DNA from: an uncultured Verrucomicrobiae bacterium
GTDB taxonomy: Bacteria; Verrucomicrobiota; Verrucomicrobiia; Chthoniobacterales; UBA10450
Assembly (NCBI GenBank): GCA_963834385.1
Contig: CAWIBO010000003.1
Coordinates: 320,001-384,000, forward strand
DNA length: 64,000 bases
Reading direction: 5' to 3'
Position 1 is the stretch's first letter. Every line of letters begins with the position of its first letter. Positions 30,070 through 42,400 of this stretch are shown in pieces. The notes beneath the pieces were generated by a model. That model saw only the letters and a list, made by a program, of their open reading frames with translations, had not been told where the DNA came from and made no database searches. The position numbers and the translations under genes are program-made.

Positions 30070-30455
30070 CGAATCAGGAAAGCAGGAGGCAGGAAGAAGA
30101 ATGAATTGAATTTGGAAGCCAGGAAGACCAGGAAGGGAAACGACTAAGTCGGAAATCAGGAAAGCAGGAAGGCAGGAAGAAGAATGAATTGAATTTGGAA
30201 GCCAGGAAACCAGGAAGGGGAAGGACTAATCAGGAAAGCAGGAAAGTAGGAAAATGGGGGCGGGAAGGGGACGAACCGGTTTATGAAACACTAGAATCTC
30301 CACTCCGTTTCCTGTGTTCCTACTTCCCTGATTCATCATCCGATTTCCTGCTTCCTGGTTTCCAAATTCAATTTTCAGCCAGATTCCCCCTCCTGTGTTC
30401 CTGCTTTCCTAATTCATCTTCCGTCTCCTGGCTTCCTGGTTTCCAAATTCACTCC
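30070..30455. repeat. GGAA repeat array, copy 3
   Basis: Two tandem units AATCAGGAAAGCAGGA...GAATTGAATTTGGAAGCCAGGAA, then a complementary pyrimidine arm. Confidence 0.85.
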
Positions 30456-30613
30456 TTGCTCCCCTCATCTGGAAAGGGGCGGCGGAGGGTCTGAAAAAGC
30501 CGCGTTTTTTTGGAAAAATCATAGGCGACTTTCTCTCGAAAAAAGGTAATGTCAGCGACTCGTTCGTTGCCTGCCAGGGTATGGGCGGCAGTCGGCGCGT
30601 TTCCCCCCTCTTA

Positions 30614-33600
30614 ATGAACAGTTTACGACGCCGCGCGGCGGCCTGTTTCGTCATGGCCGCGGCGTGCCTTCTCCCCGCCACGATCCGGGGCGAAGCGATG
30701 CTCCAGTATTTCAATACCGACTGGAACGAGATCGCCGCGAAAATGCCGGAGCTGGCGGAGGCCGGTTACACCTCGCTCTGGCTGCCGCCGCCGACCAAGG
30801 GCAGCGGCGGACTCTCCGTCGGCTACGATCTCTGGGACCGGTTCGACCTCGGGAGCAAGGACCAGCGCGGCACGGTGCGGACGCGCTACGGCACCGAGGC
30901 CGAGCTGCAGCGGATGGTCGAGATCGCGCACCGCTTCGGCATCCGCGTCTATTTCGACAACATCATGAATCATAACGCGTTCGATATCCCCGGATACGAC
31001 GCGAACACGCCGATCGACATTTATCCCGGGTTCGTGCCGGAGGATTTTCATCTGCGCCTGACGGAGGACGGCTCTTACCGGAAATGGGATAACACGCGGA
31101 ACTGGGGCGACGCCTGGCAGGTGCTGAATCTCGGCCTGGCCGACCTGATCGACATCGCCCAGGAACCGGGCGCGACCAACCTGAACTTCGGCGCCAGCGA
31201 GGGCTCGACCTTCCCCAAGATCAAGTTCGTCCGGCACCCGAACAACCCGGAGTATTACTGTTTCCTCCCCAACGGCACCTATGTCGGGTTCGGCCCGAAC
31301 AACGGCATCACGGCCGCGATGCTCGCGGCCAACAGCGCCTTTTACTCCGAACGGGTCGAGGACATGCTCAACCGCTCGGCCCGCTGGCTGATGGACCGCA
31401 CGACCGCCGATGGCCTGCGCCTCGACGCGGTGAAACATGTGCGCGCCGATTTCTTCGGAGCGACTCGGGGCGGACAAGGACACGAGCGATTACGGCTATC
31501 TCGGGCAGGCGCAGCGGCAGTTCAATCTCACGCGCGGTTTCAGCGACCCGAACCATCGCGACTCGCTTTTCGACACGGAGAACGGGCGCGATGACGCGCT
31601 GATGTTCGGCGAGCATCTGGGCGAACCGCCGGGCTACGGCGAATACATCGAACGCCGGCATGCGGCTGGTGGACAATCCGCTCCGCCAGCAGTTCAACGA
31701 CCGGCTGGGCAATCCCTCCATCGACCTGAACGGCTTCGACCAGCCGGGCGCGGGCGGCTTCGCGCCCGACCTCGGGGTGATGCATGCGCAGAGCCACGAC
31801 AACGACTACGCCGCGCGCCGCGAGCTCCAGCACGCCTTTTACTTCACCCGCGCCGGCATCGGCCTGCTTTACACCGACGGCAATAATCAGGCCGAAACGC
31901 TCGGGGAAAGCGGCGGCGCCTTCCCGCGCCACGCCAACACGAATTTCCTCGGCCAATACGGCGACGGCCGCATCCCGAACCTGCTCTACATCCACAACCA
32001 GTTCGCCCGCGGATACTCAGGTGGGGCGATATGCCGATTCTGATTACGTGGCCTACGAGCGGATCGACAAGCGCGAGAATCTCGGCATGACCGACGCCGA
32101 CGGCGTCACCATGCTTTTCATGCTGAACGACAACTACGCCAATGGGCAGGCGCGCTCGATCAGACGAGCCTTTCCGGCCACCGCTTGCGCCAACAACTTC
32201 CCGGACATTGGGAACGCCTATCTCTACAACTACTCGACCTACGGCGGCGGCTTCTACAAGTACGCCTCGGAACTGAGCACGGTGGTCGTGCCGCCCGGCG
32301 GCTACTTTGCCTTCTCCTGGAAAAACCCCGATCCCTCGGATCTCTGGCAGAACGCCGGCGGCAAGCCGGTCACGATCCTGCAAAATGGCCAGCCGGTCGG
32401 GACGATGAGCTACGAGCGCAAGGATGGGCGCGATGGCGACAAGGGATTCAACCCGTACGGCGTCCCGGACGCGAACACGACCGATCTGAAATACACCTAC
32501 ACCGTGCCGCGCGTGACGGACGGGACGAACCTCAGCTTCTTTGCGCGCACGGATGCCTCGGCCGAAAACATCCTGCTGAACCTGGATGGCGGCATCGACC
32601 TCAACGGCGGCGCAGGCAACAGCGACCCTGGGTTGCGCGATCATCCTCCCGGCGTCACGACGGATGTTTTCATGGGCTACGAGCAGACGCTGTATGTCGA
32701 CCGGCAGGGCCCGGAAAAGTTCGCCGCCATCAACACGGCGCGCTGCACCTTCGGCTCGGCCGGGGCGGAGACCTACACCGGCGGCGCGCCGACGGTCGAA
32801 CGGCTCGGGAGCAAACCCGCAGAACGCCGATGCGGCCGCTTTTGTTTACCACGACCCGACGGCCGGGTTCGAAGGCTGGGCCGGGCCGCATCCGGCCACG
32901 CAGTTTGTGGACAACGGTTCCACCGTCGAGATCTGGGCCAAGACCAACTCCGTCGGGGGCGGCTACCGGATGTTTGTCTATTACACGACGCGACGGCAGC
33001 AACCCGGAGGGCGCGGGCGGCGTCGGCACTCGGCACGACGCAGACGGCGGAGATGCGTTACCAGGCGCCGAACACGGCCGCGGCGCGACAACTGGTGGAT
33101 CGAACAGCCACCCTGACCAAACCGGCCGGCACGTTCAAATACAAGATCGGCGTCTTCAAAGACCGGCCTGAACAGTCTCTTCCCGGTCGGTGCGGATGAG
33201 GTGGCCCGCAAAAAGATCGGCATGACGATTTTCAAGATCGACGAATTTCAACGCCACCACGAAGGCGTTCTTCCCGCACAACGATTACGTCGAAGAACGC
33301 GCAGGGACAACCTCATGCGCACCGGGCTGGCGGAGGGCTTTCATGTCCTGCGCGCGCGCGCTTTTCTCAACGCGCTCGGGCAAGGCGTCGATCTACAACA
33401 CTTTTACGCAGACCTTTTACTACGACGCCCAGCGGCCGCAGGGGAGATCAAGTTCCCCGCGACGAACGGCGAAGCGTCACCGGCCAGACCTACGGCGTGG
33501 TCGTCCGGACCGATCAGAGCGTGACCGAGACGTGGTATCACATCGACGACAGCGACCCGACCAATGACGACGTCGTCACCCGCGTGGCCAATGGCAACGG

Positions 33601-36600
33601 CGTCGGCTTCGAGCCGTTCACCGATGCGAACAGCAACGGCGATGCGCGAACCACGGAGGCCTTCACCGACCTGAATGGCAACGGGACCTGGGACGACAAC
33701 GTCCCCGCCTGGGTGAAGGTGAGCGAGGTCACGCCGAGCGCCGCGATCAGCAGCGCGTTCCCGCGCGAATGGCGCTTCAATTATCGCAACATCCCCGCGG
33801 GCGGCAGGGCAGGCACGATCCAGGTGCGCCTGCGTGAGCTTTCGTCGTCGCCCACTTTCTTCACCGGAGCAACGTCGACGTCAGCGACGCTGTCGGGCAT
33901 TTCACCACGCTGACCCGCACGGTCACCACCACCGGCGATCCGCAACCGTCTCTTTATCGCCTTCCCGCGCGCGGATGGGCAGACCGTCGGCCCGGGCTAC
34001 GTCATGAAGGTGCGCTTCAGCGACGTCCTCGGGAACGGCGTGGACGACGAAACTTTGAAGAGCCGGTTCGTGGTCAAGATCGCCAGCAGCGAGTCCGGCT
34101 CCGTGGCCAACGCGGTCACGCAGGGCACCTCGACCTACCAGATCATCCGCAACGCCGACCCCGGTTATCACGATCTCGCCTTTACCCTCCCGGCGCTTTA
34201 CAACGGCGTCCCCGATTTTCTTCACACGATCCAGGCCACGATGACGCGCCCGGGCAACTCCGCCCTGGTGGCGACGCGCCAGGTCCAGGCCGAGCCGACG
34301 CAGCAGGGCAGCTTCGTCAACATCACCAAGCCGCCCGAGTTCGACTCGGACGGGAAACGCTTCGAGATCGTCCTGCCGGACAAGCCGATGCCGCTGCCGT
34401 CCGAGCGGCAGACCGTGATCACGGTCGAGACCAGCACGGACATCGAGACCGTCTCGATCAGTTTTGCCAACAACGCCGCCACCGCCTCCCTCATCGCGGA
34501 AGTGGAAACCGAGCTGCGGCACCCGGTCTCGGTCACCAATGGCAGCACCACCGTGGCGGGTCTGGAGAAAATGCTGACCGGCACCGTCTCGACCACGATG
34601 GACAGTTCGACCGTGACCGGCAGCGGCACGCTCTTCACCACCGAGGTGGAGGTCGGCGACCTCATCCGGATCGGGTCGCAGGATTTTATTGTCATCACCG
34701 TCAACTCGAACACCCAGCTCACCACGGTGGAGACGGCGGACGCCGGCGGTTCCGGACTCTCCCTCTTCCTGCGCTCGCATTTCGACCAGGAGCTCTCAGT
34801 CGGGAACACGGTCAAGATCGGCGGCACGACGTACAAGGTGGCGGTGGTAAACGATTCCGACACGGTCACGCTCGAGATCCCCTACGCCGGCTCGACCACG
34901 GCCAGCCTCCCGGCCTTCCGGGTGGACCCGAACCCGATCAGCACCGGCAGCCGGAAACTCTGGAAGTTCCTCTGGTCGAACATGACGCCCGGTTCCTTTA
35001 CCTTCACCGCGCTGGCCCATCCTTCCTCGGGCCCGGATGTCAGCGCCACCCGCAACACGCTGGTGGTGCTGCGCCAGGTGGTCACGGGCGACGAGAACGA
35101 CGCCGACGATGACAACGACGGCCTCAGCGACGTGAACGAGACCACGCCGACGGCCCTGCCCGCGACCAACCCGGAGAGCTGGAGCAACGGGCAGGTCCAT
35201 GTTTACTACGCCTACGGTCATTCCAACCCGCTCAGCCCCGACACCGACGGCGACGGTCTGCCGGACGGCCTTGAAGTGGGGTGGCGCACCGCGGCCAACC
35301 CGCCGACGGATCCGGCGGCGGACACCAACGGCGACGGCTCGCCCAATTTCATCGGCGACCTTGATCCGCCGTTCTTCAATACGCTCGATAACTTCGGGAA
35401 CGTCCCGGATGTCGACAGCCAGAGCCAGGGAGGCGACCGGGCCAAACAGGTGGCCGGGAGCGCGACCAATCCGAACGATCCGGACACCGATCACGATGGC
35501 ATTCCGGACGGTCTGGAAGACGCCAACCGCAACGGCTGGACCGATGGGGACGGCGCTTCGCTGGCCACGACCACGGCACCCAGCCTCGGTCGCAACTGGC
35601 CCAATGGCGTCATGGACCCGGGCGAAACCTGGCTCGAGACAAGCCCGCTCGATCCCGATTCCGACAAGGATGGCCTGAGCGACGGCTACGGCGAGGACGT
35701 TGACCTGAACGGGAAGATCGCGGGCGACACGGACAACGACCGCGTTTACGACGGCGGCGAAACCTGGAGCGAGACCAACCCGCTCAAGGCCGACACTGAT
35801 GGCGACGGCCTGCCCGACGGCTGGGAAGTCCGGTACGGGCTCGATCCGCTCGACAATGGCACCCTGAACATGCGCACCGGCGGCGCCGGCAATCCGGACA
35901 ACGGCGCCAGCGGCAACCCCGACGGCGACGACTTCGAAACCTGCGAAGAACTGGTCAACGGCACCGACCCAACCACGCCGAACACGATCGTGCCGCCGCC
36001 GCCGGGCATCGATCGTGATCGGCCCGCACACGCCGGTCGTGGTCGGCGGGGTGACCAACGCGCAGCGAGTTCACCGATTGGAGCGCTGGACGACCTGATC
36101 GTGCTCGACGAATACGACGGCGCCGGCGCGAACAACCAGGGGGCCGACGTCTATCACGGCGACGACGGCTTCGATTCGTCGCGCGACCTCGTCGCGTTCT
36201 ACGCGCACGACGGCGGCGACCCGGACGCTGGGCGGCGACGGCAATTTCTATTTCCGCGTCGATCTCCAGCGACCTCGCCCGCCTACGCGGAGGAGGGCAA
36301 CCTCGACATTTATGTGGTGGTCGATTCGGGCAACCCGGCCATCGGCGAATACGCCCTGCCGGACGACGTGGACACGGGCACGACCATGCGCTGGGAGGCC
36401 GTGGTGGCGGGCTATTCGTCAACAACGGGCGCGTCTATGTCGATACGAACAACGCCTCGAACTCCACCGCCATCGGCCAGGCGCTGCGCCGGCTTCGGGT
36501 CGTGCAGCGCGCGACCAGAATACGCCGGATGGATTCAAGAAAGGCGTACTACAGCTCCGACCTCGACTCGGTGGAATTTTCCATCAGCCGCAAGGCGCTG

Positions 36601-39409
36601 CGCGACGCGGGCTGGAACGGCGATCCGCGACCCTGCTCAACTACCAGGTCTTCACCACGCCGGACGGCACCGACAACAGACCGCGCCCGGCGCGGGCGAC
36701 ATCGGCGGGCGCTCCGACATCCGCGACACCATCTACGACGATTTCCTCGCCTCGGATTACTACAAGGACCAGTCGGACATCGGCGGCGACAAAAGCGTGC
36801 TGAACGCCTGGTTCAGCGCGGCCGGTCAGCGGGCGGCCAGGGTCCAACGACCGCGGCAAGCGCGCCAAGGTCATCTCGCTCGTGCACGGCAACCAGGCGA
36901 TCCAGCCGGGCAGCTCGTGCAGACGCTGATCAATAATGCCGCCGGCGCCGGCTACTACCGCCCGCTCGATGTGCACCAGGCTTACGAGCGTCCCGCTCGC
37001 CCTTCATCTTACGCCGACCCTCGCCTCGGCGTTTGCAGTGGGCGACGGCCGATCCGGCGTCCCGCGCCTTATCGCGACGGTCCCGCGTTCAATGCCCGCC
37101 TCAACACGCTCGACGAAGAGCGGCGTGATCGACCTGCTCGGCAGCACCTTCTCCGATCACTTGCTGCCGTACTTCCCGACCGACTTCAACGCGGCCAACG
37201 TCGCCCTCGCCGACACCTTTCTCTCCTCGATCTATTCCGGCGCATGCATTCGGCGTGACGTTCTTTGGAATCCGGAACGCGTGGCCGACTCCGGCGTCCT
37301 CCAGCAGATCGGCGCGCTTGGTTACACCCACACCTTCATCGACCAGATGCGGCATCTCCTGAAATGGTTTGGCCGCACCAGCGCGCTCGGCGACGACGGC
37401 TACCGGCTGAACCTGATCAATGGCGTGAAATGTTTCGTGATCAACGACCAGGCCGGCACCTATCGTTTTCTCAACACCGACAACGGCCTCGCGCGTCGCC
37501 CTGCGCGAACTGCTCAATCGCAAGGCCCGCGCCGGCACGCAGGATCAGGTCGTGATCCTGTTCAGCGCGTGGGAGGATTTCGGCGGCAAGACCAACGCGG
37601 ACGCCTACGACAAAAACATCCGCTGGATGGCGAGCCGGCCCTGGATCCAACTGGTCACGCCGGACCAGATCGCCAGCGGCCAGGTCGATCTTTCCCAGCC
37701 GCCGGACGGGGCGGGGGACACCTGGGGCGTGAAGGATCGCTCGACCGGCGGCGGCAGCGCCGCCCTCAAGGTGGCGCACGACTACGTCGATCACGCCACC
37801 CAGGAGAATTACGATTCCTGGTATTTCGGGTCGGCTCAGGAGGAAGCCTTGAGCACCAAGCAATTCAGCATCCGCACCGGCGTGCTCGTTCCCTCGGCCT
37901 TTGGCATTGTCGGGACGGAAGGCGTGGCCCATGCGGCCTGGAGTGCTGTGGCCGGGTTCGTGCCGACGCCGGCCAACATCGATCTTTATGCCCTGGCCCG
38001 TTCCGTCCTGCACGCGGCCCAGTTCGAAACCGCCTTCCACGACCAGACGAACAACGACCTGAGCAAGTTCAGCACGGGCGCCTACATCAACCCCGATACC
38101 AGCTTCCAGAGTCTGGCCTCGTTCTCGAAGACGGCCCAGGCGCAAACCCGTTTCGCGGCGGTCTATGCGCGGGTGAACAGCTGGTCCTCCTCGGCCGGCC
38201 AGGGCCTTTACCTGAACTCATCCCAGACCGCCATGGAAGACGTGGACCTCGATGGCGAAGCGGAATACCTCGTTTACAACGATCGACTCTTTGCTCTCTT
38301 TGAGCGCATCGGGGGACGCATGACCGGGGCCTGGCTGCGCAACCTCGAGACCGGGCATGTCGCCCAGGTCGTCGGGAACTTCGCCAGCTACGCCGGCTCG
38401 GAGACCGAGCTCGAGGGCGCCGGCAACTTCACCGGGTCGGCCGTGAACGCGCACCGCACCTCCGCCTTCAAGGATTGGTTCGCCAAGACGGACCCCGGCG
38501 GGGCCGGGACATCGCAGTATGTGAACGAGCTTTACACGGTGGCGCCCGCTCCTGCGGGCACGGGATGGAAATTGACCAGCGCCGACGGCAAGATCGCCAA
38601 GACCATCACGCTCAACCCGGGGGCCAACCAGTTGCACGCCAACTATGCCACGACCGGGATCGTGCAGCTTTTTGTCCGTTTCGGTCTCTCGCCCGATCTC
38701 GAGAATCCTGCTTCTGGCCGGCCAGGCTTCCCTCAGCGGAGTGATCAGCAACGCCCAGGAGGCCAATCTGTTTAATCATAACCTCGCCCGCAGCGTCCGC
38801 GCCTTCCTGCGCACGGGCGGCGGCAGTTTTGCCGGCGCCACCCGTAACGCGACCGCCAGCGACGGCGCCACCGGCGTCGTCCTTGATACCGTGGCCATGC
38901 GCAACCAGGCCCAGACTCACCAGATCGAAATCGAGGGCAACACCAGCATGACGTTTGCCCTCGGCTTCGAGACCGGCCTCACCCTCTCGTATGATTCCGA
39001 CGGGGACGGTCTCCCGGATTGGTGGGAGACGGAACACGGCAGCAATCCGAACGATGCGACCGGAAACAATGGGGCCGGCGCAGACTTGGACGGCGATGGC
39101 TGGGACAGCCTCTCCGAGTTCATCGCGGGCACGGATCCCGCCGTGGCCGACAGCACCACCAGGGGGCTCACGATCATTCGCAGTTCGCCCACCACCGTCA
39201 CCCTCCAGTTCCCGACCGCCCTTGATCGCGTTTATCGAATTTATTACCGCAACAGCCTGCAGAGCGGAAGCTGGACCCAGGCCGGTCCCGACATTATCGG
39301 AAACGGCGCCCAGGCGAATTATGTCGATGACGGCGCGGGGACTGGCTCCGCTCCGACCAACAGCCAACCCAGATTTTACAAACTCGAAATCCGTCTCCTT
39401 AATCCATGA
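30614..39409 (+). CDS. Giant secreted multidomain alpha-glucanase (~2,900 aa when stitched): GH13 + beta-rich domains + DxDxDG repeats + GH57-like + C-terminal domain; many frameshifts
   Basis: Signal peptide; GH13 motifs DNIMNH, GLRLDAVKH, FGEH and QSHD; GH57-like HGNQ, STFSDH and WNPER; coding character passes frame to frame with no internal start/signal peptide seen. Confidence 0.75.
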
Positions 39410-42400
39410 CCTGTTCCCCTCGTTATTTTACGCGCCTTGCCCTTCTCGTTTTTCTCGTCGCCGGAAGTCTGCCGAACGTTTTTGGTGTCCTGGCCGATGC
39501 CGGTCATCGCCCATTCTTTTCCGACGTGCCGCATGCGGATGGAAGCCCGGCGCCTCGGCGGCAGTATCGGGAGCCCTACGTCGAGATCAGTAATAACCCG
39601 GCCGTTAATACCCCCATCACCGTCTACACGGTGGTGCGGAGGTTGAATAATTCCTACGGGACGGCCAATCAGACGGGCGGCACGCTTTTCTACAAGGGAG
39701 CAAACGATGGAGTCTGGCAGAGTGTCTCGCTCGGCTTCCATGCCAATGAAGGGGACTTTCAATACTGGAAGGCCTCTTTCGACAGCAATTTCTTCGAGGC
39801 GAACGAGGTCATCCAGTACGACTTCCTCCTTACCTTTAACTCTGGTGCGGAGAACACCTATCTCTATGCCGGCACCGGTTTTGGCGACCTTGCCAGTCAA
39901 ACGACAAACAGCCAGGGCACGGCGGCTACAAGCCCGTTCACCGTGCGCAATCGGCCGGCCTGGATTTTTCATGCGAACAATCGCGTAACCAGTGGCAATA
40001 ACGTCGAATTCTGGGCGAAGGTTGGATATATCGGCGATCCGAATGATCTTCAGACGCGCTGGGCCACGAACGGGGCGGTCTATTACACGACTAATGGAAG
40101 TGAACCGAGCGGGAGCGGCGGCCTCCCCGGACCCGACACGACAGTCGTTTATTTCAGTTACTCCCACCCGGAAAGCAATAATCAGGGGGGCGCAAGCATC
40201 GCCGGCACGCCGATGTGGTGGAAGGCCACCGGGCCCAACCTTCTCGCGATCGCGCCGCTTGGCGGCACCATCAAATACAAAATCGGGTTCTGGCATTCTT
40301 CGACGAGCGAGGAAAAATTCGCGGAGCATAATGCCGGGACCAACAACCTCACTTTCTCTTTCCAGAACGGCGTGGCGGGCGACCCGGTTCTGACCGTGAA
40401 CGGTGTGAATGCCAACTACACCACGACTCACCTTTTTGTGGATGAAACCTTGCTCGAAAGTCAGCCTGTCACGGTTACCTTCGCCCCCGGGCAAGTGGCC
40501 AGCGAGGTGGAGGTTTTTACCAACCTGAATCGCCGCGCCCGCGCTGAACTTGACGCCAATGGCGATGGTTTTGAGGACGGACTGCAACCCGTCGACGCTA
40601 ATCTGGTGGTGTCGACCGGGCCAGGCAGCGATGATCACTATTACAAAGCCTATCAGATGGTGAACAATGGAGGCGGGAATTACAGCCTGGCTCTGGCTGC
40701 CAGCAAGACCGGGGCTTACCGGCTGACCGCCCGCTGGAAGGTCTCCGGCGATCCAGCCTGGCGCTGGTATACGAACGCCGGCGCCAATCGCCGCGACCAT
40801 GCCCTGGTAATCTCCCCGACCGCCGCCCGGAACATCAATCTTTACGAGATGAATGTCTTCAATGTGGAAGCCAGCGGCGACCAGTTCTCGCAGCGAGGCA
40901 CCCTCGAGGATCTTTACGATGCTCCCAACGCCCCGCACCAGGGGTTCGAGAACCGCTGGAACCTCACCTATCTCCGGAACCTTGGGTCGAATTGGCTTTG
41001 GTTTCAGCCGATCCACCCCATCACGCTCGAGGCCCAGCAAGGTTTTGATCCGGGCAGCCCATACTCGGTCCGCAACTTCTTCGAGATCAATCCGCTCATG
41101 TCGGTTAATTACAACGCTGCCGCCGGACCGCTCGATCAGGGTAACCGTGACTCCGCGCGCCTTGCCTTTGCCGGTCTCGTCTCCGCCGCCGATAGCGCCG
41201 GCGTGGGCATCATGCTCGACGCCCCGTTCAACCATACCGCTCCCGATGCCGAGGTTTCGCATGTGGGCGACGATATCTTCAATCTCTCGGCCAACGCCCT
41301 GTTCCGGGATGTGGAAGCCCGCTTTTACTCTCGCGACGACAATTACGCGCAGCGCGCTTCCAGCGCCGCCAACATCGCCATCGCGCCGGATCGCGGCGAC
41401 TTCGGGAAATGGGGGGACGTCCGTGATGTCTTCTTTGGAAATTACTCCGCTTTGGTGGCCATCAACCCGCAGGACAACGGCAACTTCAATAACGAGGCCG
41501 ATATCTTCGATTACACCAGCTCAAATTGGACGAGCGATGATCGGGGTGATCTCCCTGGTTTGCAGAATGTCACGCGCAACGTCTGGCGCTATTTCGCCGA
41601 ATACACTCTTTATTGGTTGAGCCAGACTGGTGTGCCGATCGGCGCCGACCTTGCCACCCAGACCGCCCTGGGCATCGACGGATTACGGGCCGATTTTGGA
41701 CAGGGCCTCCCCTCACAGTTCTGGGAGTACCTGCATCAACAAAACGCGCACTCGGAAGTGGAATTTTATCTTTATGGCGGAGTCGCTCGACGGAGGCGCG
41801 GTGACCTATCGTTCGAACCGGCATTTCGATATCCTGAACGAAAATATCGTGTTCCCGCTCAAGTCGGCCTCCAGCGCCGCCGACTACCGGAGTATCTTCG
41901 AGTCACGACGCAGTTCCTACGGGCAGGGTCTTGTTCTCCTGAACAACATGTCACACGACGAGGAGAGCTACGAAGATCCCTGGCAGGCCCTGGTGCGCTA
42001 TGCCGTGGCCGGGGCGGTGGACGGTGTTCCGCTTATCTTCCCGGGGCAGGAGCTCGGGATCTCCCGAACCTTCGGTTACTCGCATTACGAGACGAATTTC
42101 GGCAAGCAGATCGCGCACTTTAAGCGCTACAATTCGATGCTTCCGGCCTGGAACGATGCAAACTACGGCAACGACCAGCTTTATCCCGTTTATCAGGGGA
42201 TCGGACAGGCCCGCGAGTTCAGCCCGGCCCTGCGCAGCTCGAACCGCTATTTCCTAAACGAAGATGGCAACAGCCAGACCATTTTCGCCGTGGCCAAGTA
42301 CGTAACGAAGAACGCGGGGCCGGCCAGCAGCGATGTGGTGTTTGCCTTTGCCAACACCAATCGTGACGCCAGTCCCAGCGGAAATTATCGCGTCAATCAG

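Noticed and set aside
30480..30613. LacI/MalR-type operator upstream of the glucan genes
   Set aside because: No convincing palindrome found by eye here or in other gaps of the locus; needs a motif search.
34520..34921. Prophage remnant
   Set aside because: The tail-fibre-like module is in frame within the amylase and no other phage genes are nearby.
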